This document shows positions 50,100 through 63,047 of a stretch of DNA of 64,000 nucleotides, in pieces. Origin of the DNA: Raillietiella orientalis (taxonomy: Eukaryota); assembly GCA_036172245.1 (NCBI GenBank), contig JAYWIR010000007.1, positions 4,278,001 through 4,342,000 of the forward strand, read 5' to 3'. Position numbers and translations under genes: made by a program. The notes below the pieces were generated by a model. It searched no databases and was not told the origin of the DNA. It saw only the letters and a program-made list of their open reading frames with translations. The first letter of the stretch is position 1; each line of letters starts with the position of its first letter.

Positions 50100-51152
50100 C
50101 GAGTCCGGAGTTACGGCAGCGACTGCTGCTGCACTCTCACGGAAGGAGCTACTCGCTCCAGGAGACCGCCGTGCTTCCCATCAAGTGATGCGTGGGGCGG
50201 AAAGAACCTCCCTTGCTGCGGCGCCGCGCTCTTCCCGAGGGAGCGTCGTGACGGCGACCTACCGGCGAAGTGAGAGGCCTCCCGCGAGGTGAACTCCAGG
50301 AGGAAAGAACTAGGTGGTTGAACCATGGGCCAGCTCACGGACGCTGCGACCCCACCAAAAGGACTCTCTTGCGCTGGAGCGGACTGCTCGGAATTCCACC
50401 TGAAGACCTCGAGTAGCCGGCCCCCAGTGCTGCGGAAAACCCCCACCCTCCCTCTCTAGTGACAGGGGTCGGCGATCCTGTTGTTGCACTGGGGCCTCCC
50501 GTGCAACGCCCGCTGACGTCGCTGGACGAGGGAGGAAGGAGGCGGACCCGAATTGTGGCAGGTGCGGGGCACGAGAGACCTTCCCGCACCTGCTTGTGGA
50601 TTGCCCTCCGACCCCTGTGGGAGCGCTTTGCCACGACCCTTCCGACTCCCATGGGCAACCTTCTCAAGCGCCCCCTGTCTACGCGAGATGCCCTGACGCC
50701 AGCCGCGTACCTGGCAGCCCTCCTCTACCTAAGTGTGATTGTGGCTGCCTGGAGCACCGCTGGAGGAGATCAGGACGGCAGGCCGGGTGCCATCCACATT
50801 TTGCAGTGCACTTCATGAGGATCGCAGAGAGACGGTCCCATCTGGATGCAATGCTGGAAGAACTTGCCTGCATCCTGGAAAGGACGCAGAGGACGCCCAC
50901 CAGCAGGCAGTGATCCCTTCCCGAACCCCCCAGAAGTTTTTTGTATTCATTTATCTATTTGTTTATTTCATTTTTTGTTTGTTCCATCTCCCCCCCCCCC
51001 CTCTCCCTTACTCTGCTGCCGAGCCGAACCTCGCCGGTCTTCGTGCCTGCTTCTCAGCGAGTTCCATATGTGATGACCGTGGCAGCACCGAGTGTCCAGC
51101 CACGAGGAGCCAGCCACCGCTTCTGTGGGTTCCTTTTCGTTTCAAGGACAGA
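50100..51152 (+). mobile_element. Decayed L1/Tx1-like 3' fragment, subfamily 2 (copy J)
   Basis: Peptides LRWSGLLGIP, ALRPLWERFATTL, DALTPAAYLAAL..IVAAWS match ORF 40579-41130. CAGTGATCCCTTCCCG at ~50909. Confidence 0.85.
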
Positions 51153-54100
51153 CGTCCCGGCGCGTACCCGGGAGGGAAGCATCTGGATACGTTCGAGGGC
51201 ATTTCCGTGAGCGAAACCTCTCGAAACCAAACCGCCGGTGTGCCTGCGGACAGGCTGTTGGCAGTGCGCGCGGAGGAGGCCGGCCTTACAGCCCTCGCGG
51301 AAGACCTTCTGAGCTTCTGCCGGAGGCGGCCGGCCGCTGCCGCCGCCGAGGTGCCCGGAGAGAGACGAGCGTGCGCTTGGGAACAAACGGGGAAAGAAAT
51401 CCCGCACGTGCGCCTGGACCATCGCGCCAACCCGCAAGCACTTCCCTCCTGTCCTCCCCCAGCCCTTACCCATGCTTCCAAAGCGCGGTACAGACTTGGT
51501 CCGACTGCCACAACCACCATGGTTTTATGACCGCCTCCTTGTCCAAGTCAGCTCGCGGAACGGCGGGTTCGCAGGGAGACCCAACCCCCGGCGGCAGCTC
51601 TGCGCTGACCATTCCCTCCCTCCGGGACACCCGATGGAAAATTCGACCGCCAGTCCACCATCGGCCGCGTTCACGCCGGAGCCCACGCGCCGGCGTCCCA
51701 AAGTCGCAGCTGCGGTGACCTGTAAGTTCTTGTAAGTGAAGGTCGCTGCCCGAGAGAGCGGACGCGCGCGGGTCGAATCATTCAACAGGCGGATGGTTCC
51801 GGTGTTTCCTGTCGTCTCTGGTACTCGCGACCGGCGGAGGGAAGGGAGGAGGGAAGGACGTGGAACACCTCTGCCGGAAGTGTTCGCTGCCGAGCTCACC
51901 ACCGGAACCCGGAAAAGCCGCGAGACGGATGGCGCGCGCACCGCGGCGTCGTGCTGGGAAGCCGGGATACTTGGCCGCTCGGGAGCGCTTCGGTGAAAGC
52001 TGGAAGGTGCCCGCGCACGCGAGGGCAGAGACGGAGGGAACGAGGAAAAGGGGTAGGAGAAGGGTTGGGAGGCTGGAGGGGCGCTGGTCAGGAGGCTGTT
52101 TGGGAGGAGGCCACTCCCGTCGCCTCCGCCGAAGAGGAAACGGTCCGACCGTTTGACAACAACCTCAAGTAGCGGAGGCAGCAGCAACCGGCGCGTCCCA
52201 ACTGCGAACGGAACGAGGGGGGGGAACGCACTCACGCAAGGGGAGAAGAAAAAAGAAAAAGAAAAACAAACCCAGGAGTCCCTCTGGCGTTTACAGGGAG
52301 CACCCAAGTGCCATCAACAGCTCGCGTAATGGGGGCCTCGAGCGCCGCCACCATTCTCTGGAGCACGGGGCTCCCGTCTCTTTCGTCACGCGTGACCCGA
52401 CGTTCCCTCGCTCCCGGAAGAGAAGAGCCTTTTTTATTCATGGGCCCGTGGACCAATCCTCCTGTCCGACGGGCTGAGTGTTCCTCTCTTTCTCCTCTCC
52501 CCGCCGTCCCCCCGCGGACCCGGCGGGACTCTGGAAAAAAAAATAAAATAAAAACTCGAGAGCAGGAAGCTCCAGGGGAAGAGCGGGGAGCCCCGAGATG
52601 GGCGCTCCCACATCCACCACCGGGAGCGCGCACGCGCGCGCCGCGCGTTCCCCATTATCCCGTGTGTGTATTTTTTTTTTCTTCCTTCCTCCCCATCCCA
52701 TTGTTGTTGTTTTGTCTTCCTTCTTCCTCCTGCCCTCCCCCTCTTGCAGAGATGCCCAAATGAGGCGTCGGGTTTCCCGGCCCCCGCCGGCGCCCAGGAC
52801 CAACACGCGACTCTTCCGCAATTAGCGGGTCGCCGCGTTGTTTTCCTTTCGCTCCTCTCGCGGACGCGTCCTTTCCTACTCCCAGGCCCCCTCCCGCCTC
52901 CCCCAAGTTTCCTTTTTTTTTCTCGCCCCCTCCCCCCCTCTCTCTTTTTTTGTCCGCGTGCGTGAGCGTGCGTGCGTGCGTGCGGGTGCATGCACGTGCG
53001 TGTGAGTGTTTTTCCTTTCTCTTTTCCTCCCATCCTGCCCCTCGTTCGCTTCCTCTTTCGGCGGTTCGGGAACGCGGAGACGACGGTCGCCGCCCGTCTA
53101 TTGAAAGGCCCTCTGGAAGCGGAGTTGGCGCCCCTGGGACGGACGACGGCGCGCACGACGACGCCCTCGGCGAAAGAGGGCGGGAGGCTTCGCCGCCGCG
53201 CACCCCGCGCGCGCGCGGCATTCGGGGCGGCTCCCCCCTCCAGGAAAGCAGATTAAAGGTCTCCCCCTTTCTCCCCTTTTCAGCCTTCCTCCTCCTTCCC
53301 CGCCCCTTTCCCTTCCCTCCCTCCTTGGCGCGCGCCGGAGGGACCCCCTCCCCAACCCCTTCCCCTGCGGACGCCGAAGCCGTCCGTCCGGCGCGTGCGG
53401 TAGGACGAGGAGGAGGAGGAGGAGGAGGAGGGCGGGATGGGGGAGATCGTAGGCCTGTCTTCCTCCCCTCCCCTATCTGGACACACCCTACAACTCTTCA
53501 CCGGGACGGCGTCCTGAAAGCAGGAGCCGCCCTCAGGGCAGCAGCGCTGCTGACACCTTTCCCGGGAGGTCCTCGCCGGAAGTGGCGGGGCACCACCAGC
53601 GAGGAGTCCGAGTGTTCCTTCGGAGAGGGATCGGTCGCGCTCACTCCCACGTGCTCTCACCCCGGATCTTCCCCACCCCTGGGGGATCCCCACGAGGAAG
53701 CTCTCCGCCTGGGGGAAATGGGTGGGGGGAAGGGAAGGAAACCTCCCCTTCGCTGAGACCAGTCCGGGAGCTGCCCCTTCCGCAGATTCGCTCAGTGAGG
53801 CGTAGGAAGAACGCTTTGCCCGGCTGAAACCTCCTTCCCGAATCGTGTCCCCCCCCCCCCCCGACCCTCGCCCGACGCCGCTGCATGCTGGTGTGTCCCC
53901 TCCTTGAAGACGCCACACCGGCGGAACTTCCGGTGCTCCCATGGGGAGGATCCTCCCCACGGAAGCCACAAAATGGCTCGAGGGTGCTCGGGGAAGGAAG
54001 AGACGGGGGGAAGAGGCGCGACTCCGAGAGATCCCCGGAAGCATCCATCCTCGCTCCTAGCCCGGGAAGCAAGGGCCTCCTGGTGCTAGCCACGGCGGTG

Positions 54101-57100
54101 GGCGCCGACGCCTTCTAGGCAGAGGGTCGCTTTCCCGGCCTCCCCGTCGTCGGAGTAAGGAGGGAGACTGGAGTCATCGAGTGACCCGCGTGACCACCGA
54201 GCCACCGCTCACAGGAGACCCTGCCCCTCACACGCCATCTCCGAGATCAGAGGACCGCAGGCGAGAGGTCGCCATGATTCCCCCTCCCTCTTCGGGACCG
54301 TCTCCTTTCCCAATTTCCCGCTGTTCCTCCTCCTCATACTCGGCGTAGCCGGGTGAGACGTCCTTGGCCAGGCTGGGTCTGGAACCCTTTTTTCTCTTTC
54401 CAGTCCATCCCCAGTGGAGGGAAGAGGTGCGACCTCCACGGTGCCTCAAGAGGCCAGGCTCGTCGCCGCCTTCCGGCGCTTCTGCGTAGTTCGAAGGGCC
54501 GCCCTTTGCAGCTTCCCGGGCATCCGCGGAAGCGCTGCGCGAGTGTCTTTCGTGTGGACTCCCTCGGGGCTCCAGGAGCGTCTCTGTCCGATGGCGCAGA
54601 GTCCAGCTGTCCAGCTTCCCGGAGAGGAAACTCCCTCTCCCTGGACGTGATGTGACCTCTCTTCTGCCTACGTCGGAGCCTCCGTGTGCCCCCAGCTCCA
54701 CCGTCCCGCGGAAAGCACGGAGGGAGCAGAGGGAAGAGGGGAACCACTGTCCTCCGCACGAGTGGTTCCACTCTGGAGGCGAGGGAGGGAGGACCCCCTC
54801 CTCCGGGATGCCTCTTTCCCCTGATGCCGCTGCAGACGTTGGCCGGCTGGTGACTTCCTCGGGCGCCATCTTGGAAGGCTTCGCTCAAGCTCGTAAGGTT
54901 CCGCCTCCCCGCTCGCGGAAGTCACCACCACCCTTCGAGCAACTTCAGTGGGCAGGCAGCGGGGCCTCCGTGACCCTGCGAGCGAGAAAGTGGTGACTCG
55001 CCTCGAGGCGGGGGGACTCCGAACCCATGAGACCTTCGCTCCCTCCCTCCTCTGTGGGGTAAGGGTCTCTCGGAGAGGAGGAGGGGCGTGGAACGCTCGT
55101 AGGCCGCACCGACGGGTGCGGCGAGCGGGGGCGGCCAAAGACTCGGGAGGAAGAGAGAGGGGGAGGGGGAATCGAAGAGGAAGGAGAGGTCGTGCCAGGG
55201 AAGAACGAGTCCGGGGAGGGGAGGGAGTGGGTCCGAGGTCCCGTGACTTTTCCCCTCTCTCCGGGCGAGGACGGGGTCTGGATGGGGCCCTGCTGGAGCT
55301 CCTATTTCAGGGAGCTCCTCACCCCCGGAAGGCGTTCCTCCAGCGAGTCGGGGCTGCGGAAGTGTCCCTTTTCACCCGCCGCTCTCCCCTCTGGGGAGGA
55401 AGTCGCCCCAGGGGAAGTACTGCGAGGAGGAAACCCGGAAAGTTGCTTCGCGCATGGAGGGCCGTCGCCGCCGTCTCCCCTTCCCCTCCCCCTTTCTCCC
55501 AACTGCCGATCTCCGGTTCCCGGACAGACAAGGAGGAGTTGCGCGCGTCCTGCGAGCCATGAGGGAGGATGGGGGGGGGGGGAGAGATACTCTTCCCTTT
55601 ATTGCCCTCCCCTTCCCCCACTCGGGACCGAGACTGTGCGCATCTTCCTGCGTAAGGGAAGGGGTCTCTCCGCTTGGCGCCGAAGGCGGCGGCGACCGCC
55701 GCGCGCACATCCCCCCCATCCCTCCCGCTGCCTCCCGTGCGAAAAGCGCACAACGCAGCGCGCGCGGGCGCGTATGCACAAAGAGGGAGACGCGCTGCGC
55801 CCCCTCGTTCGCAGCTCCCGGTGGCAGGTGCACCCCGACCTCAGTCGATTACCCCGCACCTCCGTTCATTCCTCTGCACCGTCTTCGAGGCGCGACCGGG
55901 GAACCCCTCGCGCCATCCATACGGAAAGAGTCCGCGGCGGCGGCGGCGGCGGCGGCAGTGTCCAGGGTGTTCGCGGGGGAACGTCCTCCTCCTCCTCGTG
56001 TTGCCTGCAGAGTGGTCCGCGACGGAGCAGAGGGAACCGTTTAAAAAGGAAGGGGAGAGGGGAAAGAAGAAAAAAAAAAAAAAAAAAAAACGACTGCCAA
56101 CAACAACAGAAAAAGAAAGAAGGAAGAGAAAGGGAAAGAAGGGGGAGGAGGAGGAGGAGGAGGAGGAAATCCCCTTCCCGGCAGAAACTCCCGCGTCCGG
56201 GAAGCTGCCGCGCCGACTGCTTGCTCCCGCCGGCTTATCTTCCTTAATTTGCTTGTTCAAACCGCGCGGACGAGCGCTGAGCAAACATCCGAACTCTTTC
56301 AAAGAAATCTTTCGGGGAGGAAGGGAGGGAGGGGGAGGGGGAGCATCATCATCAGCAGCAGCAGCAGCAGAAGAAGAAGAAGAAGAAGAAAAATAGCCGT
56401 CTCGCAACGCTGCGCTTTCATTTCCTCGCGATTTCAAGGTTACCGAAATATAAAATCGCTTACCATTGTCTGGTCGCGTACACCTGTCGCAAACAATATA
56501 GTAAAACGCCCGCGGCAACGTGTAGCTCAGTAGTAAAACCGTTGCCACGGGCACTCCGATTTTATCTCGAGGGAGCAGGTGCACTGTACTTTTTTTTTCC
56601 TTCTTCTTCTTTCCCTCTCCCTCCCTCTCTCTCTCTCTCTCTCGTTTTCACTTGTAGCTCCGAGGGGGGAAAACGTCATTTTGTTTCTTTGGGCGATGAA
56701 GTTCATATGTTTTCAATTTATCTGTTCTGTCCGCCATCGCAATTATTGTCACCGCGAGAGGTTGCCGTGGCAGCGTTGTCTGCGAAAACGATCTTGGATT
56801 ACACGGCCTTTCGTCCGTCGGCGATCGGGAGCAGACGGTTCTCGGGAACAGCCCGGCTTTCGCCCGCTGCTGCTCTCGGGAACGAAAAGTGCCAGGAGAA
56901 GGAAGGGAAAAAAAATGATACGATTCTTTTCTTGTTTTTTTTTTCCCCCCCTCCCCCCTTCTTGTCGCCGGTTCTGGCGCGCGAGCGCCGAGCGGCGGCG
57001 GACGCAGAGCGCCTGCGCGGCCGCAGCCGACCGCAAGGAGTCCGCCCGCCGCTGCCGCCGTTGGAGCCAGAAACCTCCTCCTCCCCCTGCTGCTGCGTGG

Positions 57101-60100
57101 AGGCGCGGAGACCGCCGCGACGTCGCTTCTCCCCCGACGATGACGACCGGGCAGGAAAAACAGGGAAAGAGGAGAAGGCGCCGAGGGATCGAAACGGGGG
57201 GGGGGGGGAGGGAAGGCAAAACAAAACAACACAACAAAAACAAAACAAGGCACTCGATCTGCCCTCCGATTTGTTTCCAAACACGACTGACCTCGACCCG
57301 GGAAATGTGCGCTCGGCCCGCTCGCGAGACGCCTCCCCTCCCCCTTCAGCCCACCGGAGTTTGGACACGGGGCAAAGATCCCGCAGGATGGTCCGAGCAG
57401 CGCGCGTCCCCGGCGGCTGCTCGCTGCAGACTCGTCGCCCGACCCGTTTGCGACCGGCCAGTGGATATCCACCGGCGTCCATCCCCCGCTTACGTCGGCT
57501 CGGTGTTCTCCGCCTCGGGTAACGATCTCTCGGGTAAGGCACCGATCCGCGTCACCCACGGCGACGGACGGCATCGCTTTGTTCGACCACGCATCGGAAC
57601 CAGTTAACAAGGAGCGAAGCGGCGGACGCCAGCAGCAGGAGGAGGGGGAACGGATCCGAGCCAACGCCGACGGAACGCCCGGCAGGCGCACGCGGACGGC
57701 ACTGCTGATCCCGGGAGAAGCGGCGTCACGGGTTTCCGTTCCCCTATTTGCTGACGGGACTCGTCCTGCCGACCGCAAAGCTTCGAAACCCTTGGCTTGC
57801 GACCCCGTTGCCGTTGCTGCCGCTGTCGCTGGACCCGGTCGGATTTTCCCATGGCCTCCGGCTCGACCCTGGCAAGGAAAGGAACCGCGCGGTGCTCGTC
57901 GGGCGCCGTGGGCGGGGGCGCGGGCTCGGCGGAGCGCCGGGCGTCTTCCGAGGCGCCGGCAGCAGCGAGCAGGCCGCGTTTCCCGAAGTGCGGATCTTTT
58001 TTCCCGGAGGGACGCGGCCGCGGGCGAGCACCTGTGATAGAGACGTGTCCCGAGCGTGCTCCGCGGAATCACTTTAATATCGCTGCAATTGCTGCATCGG
58101 CACAGAAGGCGTCGTCGCCTTAATTGTTTACGTCGTGCAACGTGGGAATCGGCAGAAAGGAGGCAGAGGCCGTTTCGGGAGAGGTGCAGCGGGCGCTTAG
58201 ATTTATGGAATGCATTCCGTGAAATATTGCAGAAAGCCACCTCTCGAGAAAGGGAAACCTCCGGGCGATGTACTGAGTCCAAAGTCAGCGAGGGCTTTCG
58301 AAAACAACGCGCTTCTCGGGCTGGAGGAGGCGGCGGCGGCGGCGGCGGCAGTCCCCGCTCCTCGGGCACTCGGGGGGAGGAGGCGGTCGACGCGGTGTAC
58401 GAGCCCCAGCCGACGACGAGGAAGAGCATTCTCCTTCTCGTCTTTCCTGAACTCCGACGGCACGCCGCGTGCACGTGTGTGTCCGTGCGTGCGCGCGCGC
58501 CCGCGCGCGCATGTGCGTGCTGAGGAGGGAAGGGGGTGTGGAGGAGGAAACCGAAGACGAGAAAATACGGAAAGGAGTGAGGAAGAGGAGTAAAATGCCG
58601 TGGGGCTTCTTTCCCCTCCTCTTCCTCCCCCTCCTCCTCGCCTTTTGTCCCGTTTGGGCGGGAGGAAAGGCGGTCGGCGATTCTCCGCTCGCGGACGATC
58701 CGACGGGGAGTTCCGTTTGTCTTTCTTCTTGTTCTTTTTTTTTTTTTTTTTTCCTCCACCCTCTTCTCCTGCTGCTGCTTGGCCTCTCCCTTCGGCTCAC
58801 GGTGCAGGGGTTTCCGCATGATCCGAAGAGAGGAACGTGGGTCGCTCCAGCGAAAAAAATCCTAATGAATAGGCAGAACGAATGAGGAAGAAGAGCAGGA
58901 GGGAGAACTCCAGCCGTGAGAGCACTTGATCCGAGCCCCGTCCCATAAAGTGCAAGGAGCTGAGCTCCCTTGTCTACGATTTTTAGAAATTGTCCCCTTT
59001 TTTTTTTTTTTTCCTATTTCCTTTTAAGAAGAGGGGGAGGGGCGAGGTATCGGGAGATTATTAGCCGGCCGAGGATTGATTTTAATGAAGCGATCTTCAC
59101 CGGAGGACACGGAAGAACCGTTTCCGAAAGATAAAACTGATGCGGATTCGAGGAGGGGGTGCGCGCGGGCGTCGGGGCTGCGGACCGTTGCTATGGCGCG
59201 CGCGGGGCGCCTAAGAGGAAAGGGTTCGTTGCGCTCGGGGAACCCGGCCGAAGGAGGCCACCACAGAAGCACCACGCCTTCCCGAGCAGGAGCCGTAAAT
59301 AGGGAACAGACGAAAGAGGACGGTCTCGGGAATCCCGGCACACATGGGAGAGAGTGAGGGTGAGATCGGAGACGAGACGAAGAACAGGCGAGGAGGAGGA
59401 ACTTTGCGCCGGGAGGGGTTCTCCGACCTCGTCGGCCGCGGCGGAGGTCGAGGAAGCGAACGGCCGGACCCTCGGCGAGCGTGGGGAGCTCCAGCTTACT
59501 TTTTGCACCCTTTCCCCCCAGGAACGCCTCGCCTCTTCCCGACGGTCTCGGCCGCCTAGCCCGATCGCTCCTGCTCGGTGCACGACGCATCGTCGAGAGC
59601 TCAGGGACCTGTGCTGCCCGAGCACGCGGAGGTCGAGGAGGAGGGTGGGGGCGCTTCCAACCGCGCTGAGGCGCTTCCGGCTCTTCGCCATCGCACCGTA
59701 CGCCCCAACCACGTTGCTCCGGGGTTCGATGCCGTGGAGGGGAAGGGGTGGCAGGTACGCTCTGCATCCGTCCCGTCGGGAAAGTCGGACCTTCCGGGAT
59801 GAGCTTTTCCTTTCATAACCGGACCACCCGGGGAAGGGTGCGTTCCACTCGGCCAGGTGCTCCGAAGCCATAACGTGGCCAATGCCGCAAGCTGCTCCAG
59901 GGGGGTCACCTTCCTCCCTCCCTTCTCCCAAACCGTCACGGAAACTCCCTTCGGCGCTTCAGGGATGCCAAAGAGGGGAGGGAAGGAGAGATTCGACCTC
60001 TTCTGAAAAGAGAGAAGGGGAAGTCTTGGACCTGCCGTCCCTCCCCTTCCCTTCTTGTCCCGCGTCTCTCCTTTCCTGGCGGACCTGTGGGCCGTTGCGG

Positions 60101-62852
60101 AGAGAGTTCCCGCGAGGGGCCACCCTCCCTGCCTGTGCCTCTCGCCTGGGGTCGCCTCTCTCGGAGGCTCGCCCACGCGCGAGAAGTCAAAGACACGTCG
60201 GTGAGCGTGCGAGGCTGTGCTCCCTCCCCCTCTCCCCTCCTTCCTCCTCCTCCTCAGCGCATGAGGCATGGGACGCCACCTATGCCCGTGTGCTGCGTGC
60301 ACGCGGGATGCACGCGCTGCCGCTCCTCTTCGGGAAGGCCGCGCGGACGCGCAAGGCTCCCCCCTCCCTCCTCTTCCTGCTGAAACTCCCACACTGGAAT
60401 CCTGCAGACGTTCTCCAAGCGGTCCTCTCCTTCCCTGGCTGCTGCGGGCCCCGCGAGTGACGGGAACGCGAGGCCGTCCTGAGCGCTGCTCTCCCGGGAA
60501 GCTTCGCGCAAGAACAGTATCCTAATCGAGGACGGAAACTGGGATGGGATCGACGGCTACTCCAGGAAGTGGGGGAGGACGCCCTCGTGCCGCGCGGGAA
60601 GCGGGGCGAATCGCCCAGCCCTCCCTCCTTGCTCCCTCCCGAGATCCGAGGTGCCAGAAAGGAAGGAGAGCGTTCGTCGCCCCGCGCCCGCAGCCCCGAA
60701 GGCGAGGTGGTGGGAACCCCCCATAATCCTCCCAGCGTCCGGGTTCCGGAGGGGTGATCCCCCACTTCCTGAGGGAGAAGTCAGGGCATCAGCTGCCGAT
60801 GACGATCCACGAGAGGGTCTCGCGAGATCCAGGACGGCGGATAGGGGAGGCAGGGGACGAGGGGAGCGAAGAGAGGAGGAAGGGGGAGACTTCCCGGAAC
60901 CTGCAGTCGCCGTGGGAGATTCCGCGTGCACCGCCACAGCGCCAACAGGAATCCAAGGGAGAAACCGGAAACTCTGCCCTCCCTCCTGGACAGCAACGCC
61001 TTGGGAAGCCTTGTGAGGTTCCACGGAGTTTCACCCGGAGGCGGCCCTTGCCTCCCACGCATTCTACCCCACTCACGGTGCATCCGAGAGTCCCGTTCCT
61101 GCTCTTCTACCCCTTATTCCTGCATTTCGAGGGACACGGACGAGGAGGAAACCCGCTGGGGCGCTCCCGGGAAGACACCTCGAGGTCGTCTCCTTCGCCA
61201 GCGGCGCAAAGGGGCTGGCCAGTGGTTCACCATCCCCGGCCCTTTGGCCGGGGATGGTGAACTGGGTCTATTTGGTCTCTATTCTCCCCCTCCCTTTCCA
61301 CGGTGGTCTCGATCGCTAGCGGAGGAACGGACGAGGTGTTCCTACGGTCCTCTCTTCTCCCTAAGGAGGTTTCCCGAAAGATGCACGCCTCCCACGAGCT
61401 CAGCATCCTCGAGAAAACAAGGGAGGAACGTTCGCCCTGCGGGCGTATTTCCTCCGATTCTTCCTCCTCCTGTGCGTCCAGAAGGGTCGTCTGCGTCAGA
61501 GCTCCCGGAACCCAGATGGGGAAGAGGCGGACCGCAACCACCTTCGAGCAAGGGCTCGAGGGCAGCGAGGGACATCTCTTGTACCCTTTCCCTGTTTCGC
61601 GCCAGCCCTGGAGACTTCTGCCGAGGGGAAGCGGACCGCCGCCCGCCTCCATCTGGCTCGTATCAGAAGCGTCCTCCCTAAAAAGCGACCCTTTGGGTGC
61701 GCCTTGGGGAGGCCACCCTCAAGAGGGAAGAAGAAAGCCCTCTCCTCTGAAGGAGTCCCTGCAGGCGAACTTCAGCGGCCTTCCCCTCTCCGAGGGACGC
61801 GCACCCCGGCACAGGATGGCATCAGATCACGGGATGCGCTTTCGGAGGCGGAATTTCCTCCGGGAACCTCCCGGATTCGCGTGAGACCTTCCCCTCGCGC
61901 AGCTGCGCGCGCACCGGGAAGGGGAAGCGGAGGGAGAGCCCACGGCGCAAAGCGACGTGCGCGCGTCTGGAAGCAAGGAGTAGGGAGGCGCTCGCGCGCA
62001 CCAGGGCAGGGCAGGGGAAGAGGGGAAAGGGGGGAGGGGTGGAGGGGAGAGGGAGGAGGAGGAATCCTCGCGTCGTCCTTTCCACTTTTTCTATTATTAT
62101 TATTTTTTTCCTTTTTACAAATGGATTAGTCGCTGTTAGACTCCCCCCTCCGTGTCAATCTCAAAGAGGAGTTCCTCCGGCTAATCTGTTTTGATTGGCA
62201 CCGCGAGCGAGTCGCCCGCTCCGGACGGCGTTTCACACTTTAACCCCGCAAAAACACGGATGACGCGAGCATCTCGGGGGACCGCAACACGTCGCCCGTC
62301 AGAATGGGGAAGTCGAACGCACGGAATGACCGGAGAGCAGCAGGCGGCGGCCGCATCGGCGAGATGGGAGAGGAGGGCACCGGGGAAGATAGGGAAAAGA
62401 TCGCGAACCTGTCAATGCGGGCTCTCCTTCCATGCACTTCTGCTTTTCCCATGAGAAACAACGGCGATCCTCATCCTGGCAAATGGATCCAATAAATAAC
62501 GTCGAATGGCAATTGTGGTGTTTTTGAAACAAAACGTGACACCTGTACAGAAGTCACAATGACTGACGAATTGCTGCACCTATGCATTTGCGGCTGCATC
62601 GATCGACATTGGCATTCGCTCATTCACGATGAAGTCAGATGAAATATCGGTCCATTAAATTGGCACTGTTGGGAGCTACGGCTCACTTTTGTTACCCGTT
62701 CTTCGCCCCCAAATCCATTGCTTGGCGTTCTCCATCTGATAAAAGCGTTTATGAAAGAAACCGAAAGTGCGATATCTGGGATATCGGTTTCCGTAGGCGA
62801 CAATGGTTTTTTTGGTGGCGCGACTTGGGCAGGAATACCCTTCTTCCCAAGG

Positions 62853-62877
62853 GGAGAGAGAGAGAGAGAGAGAGAGA
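62853..62877. repeat. (GA)n microsatellite
   Basis: Direct reading; a similar tract lies at about 63538-63565. Confidence 0.9.
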
Positions 62878-63015
62878 AAGGGGGGGGGGGAAGACACACA
62901 CACGTACACAAACACGGCCGTTCGCTACGATGGATACGCAAGGCTTCCTTCTTCCTTTTTTTTCTATCGCGACGATGAAGCGAGCGCGCCAAGGATCGCT
63001 CCAATGTTGCTTCCC

Positions 63016-63046
<31 letters not shown>
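63016..63046. repeat. (CAG)n microsatellite
   Basis: Direct reading of the sequence. Confidence 0.9.

Positions 63047-63047
<1 letters not shown>

Noticed and set aside
56648..58819. 723-aa minus-strand ORF
   Set aside because: Crosses homopolymers and microsatellites, no domain signature.
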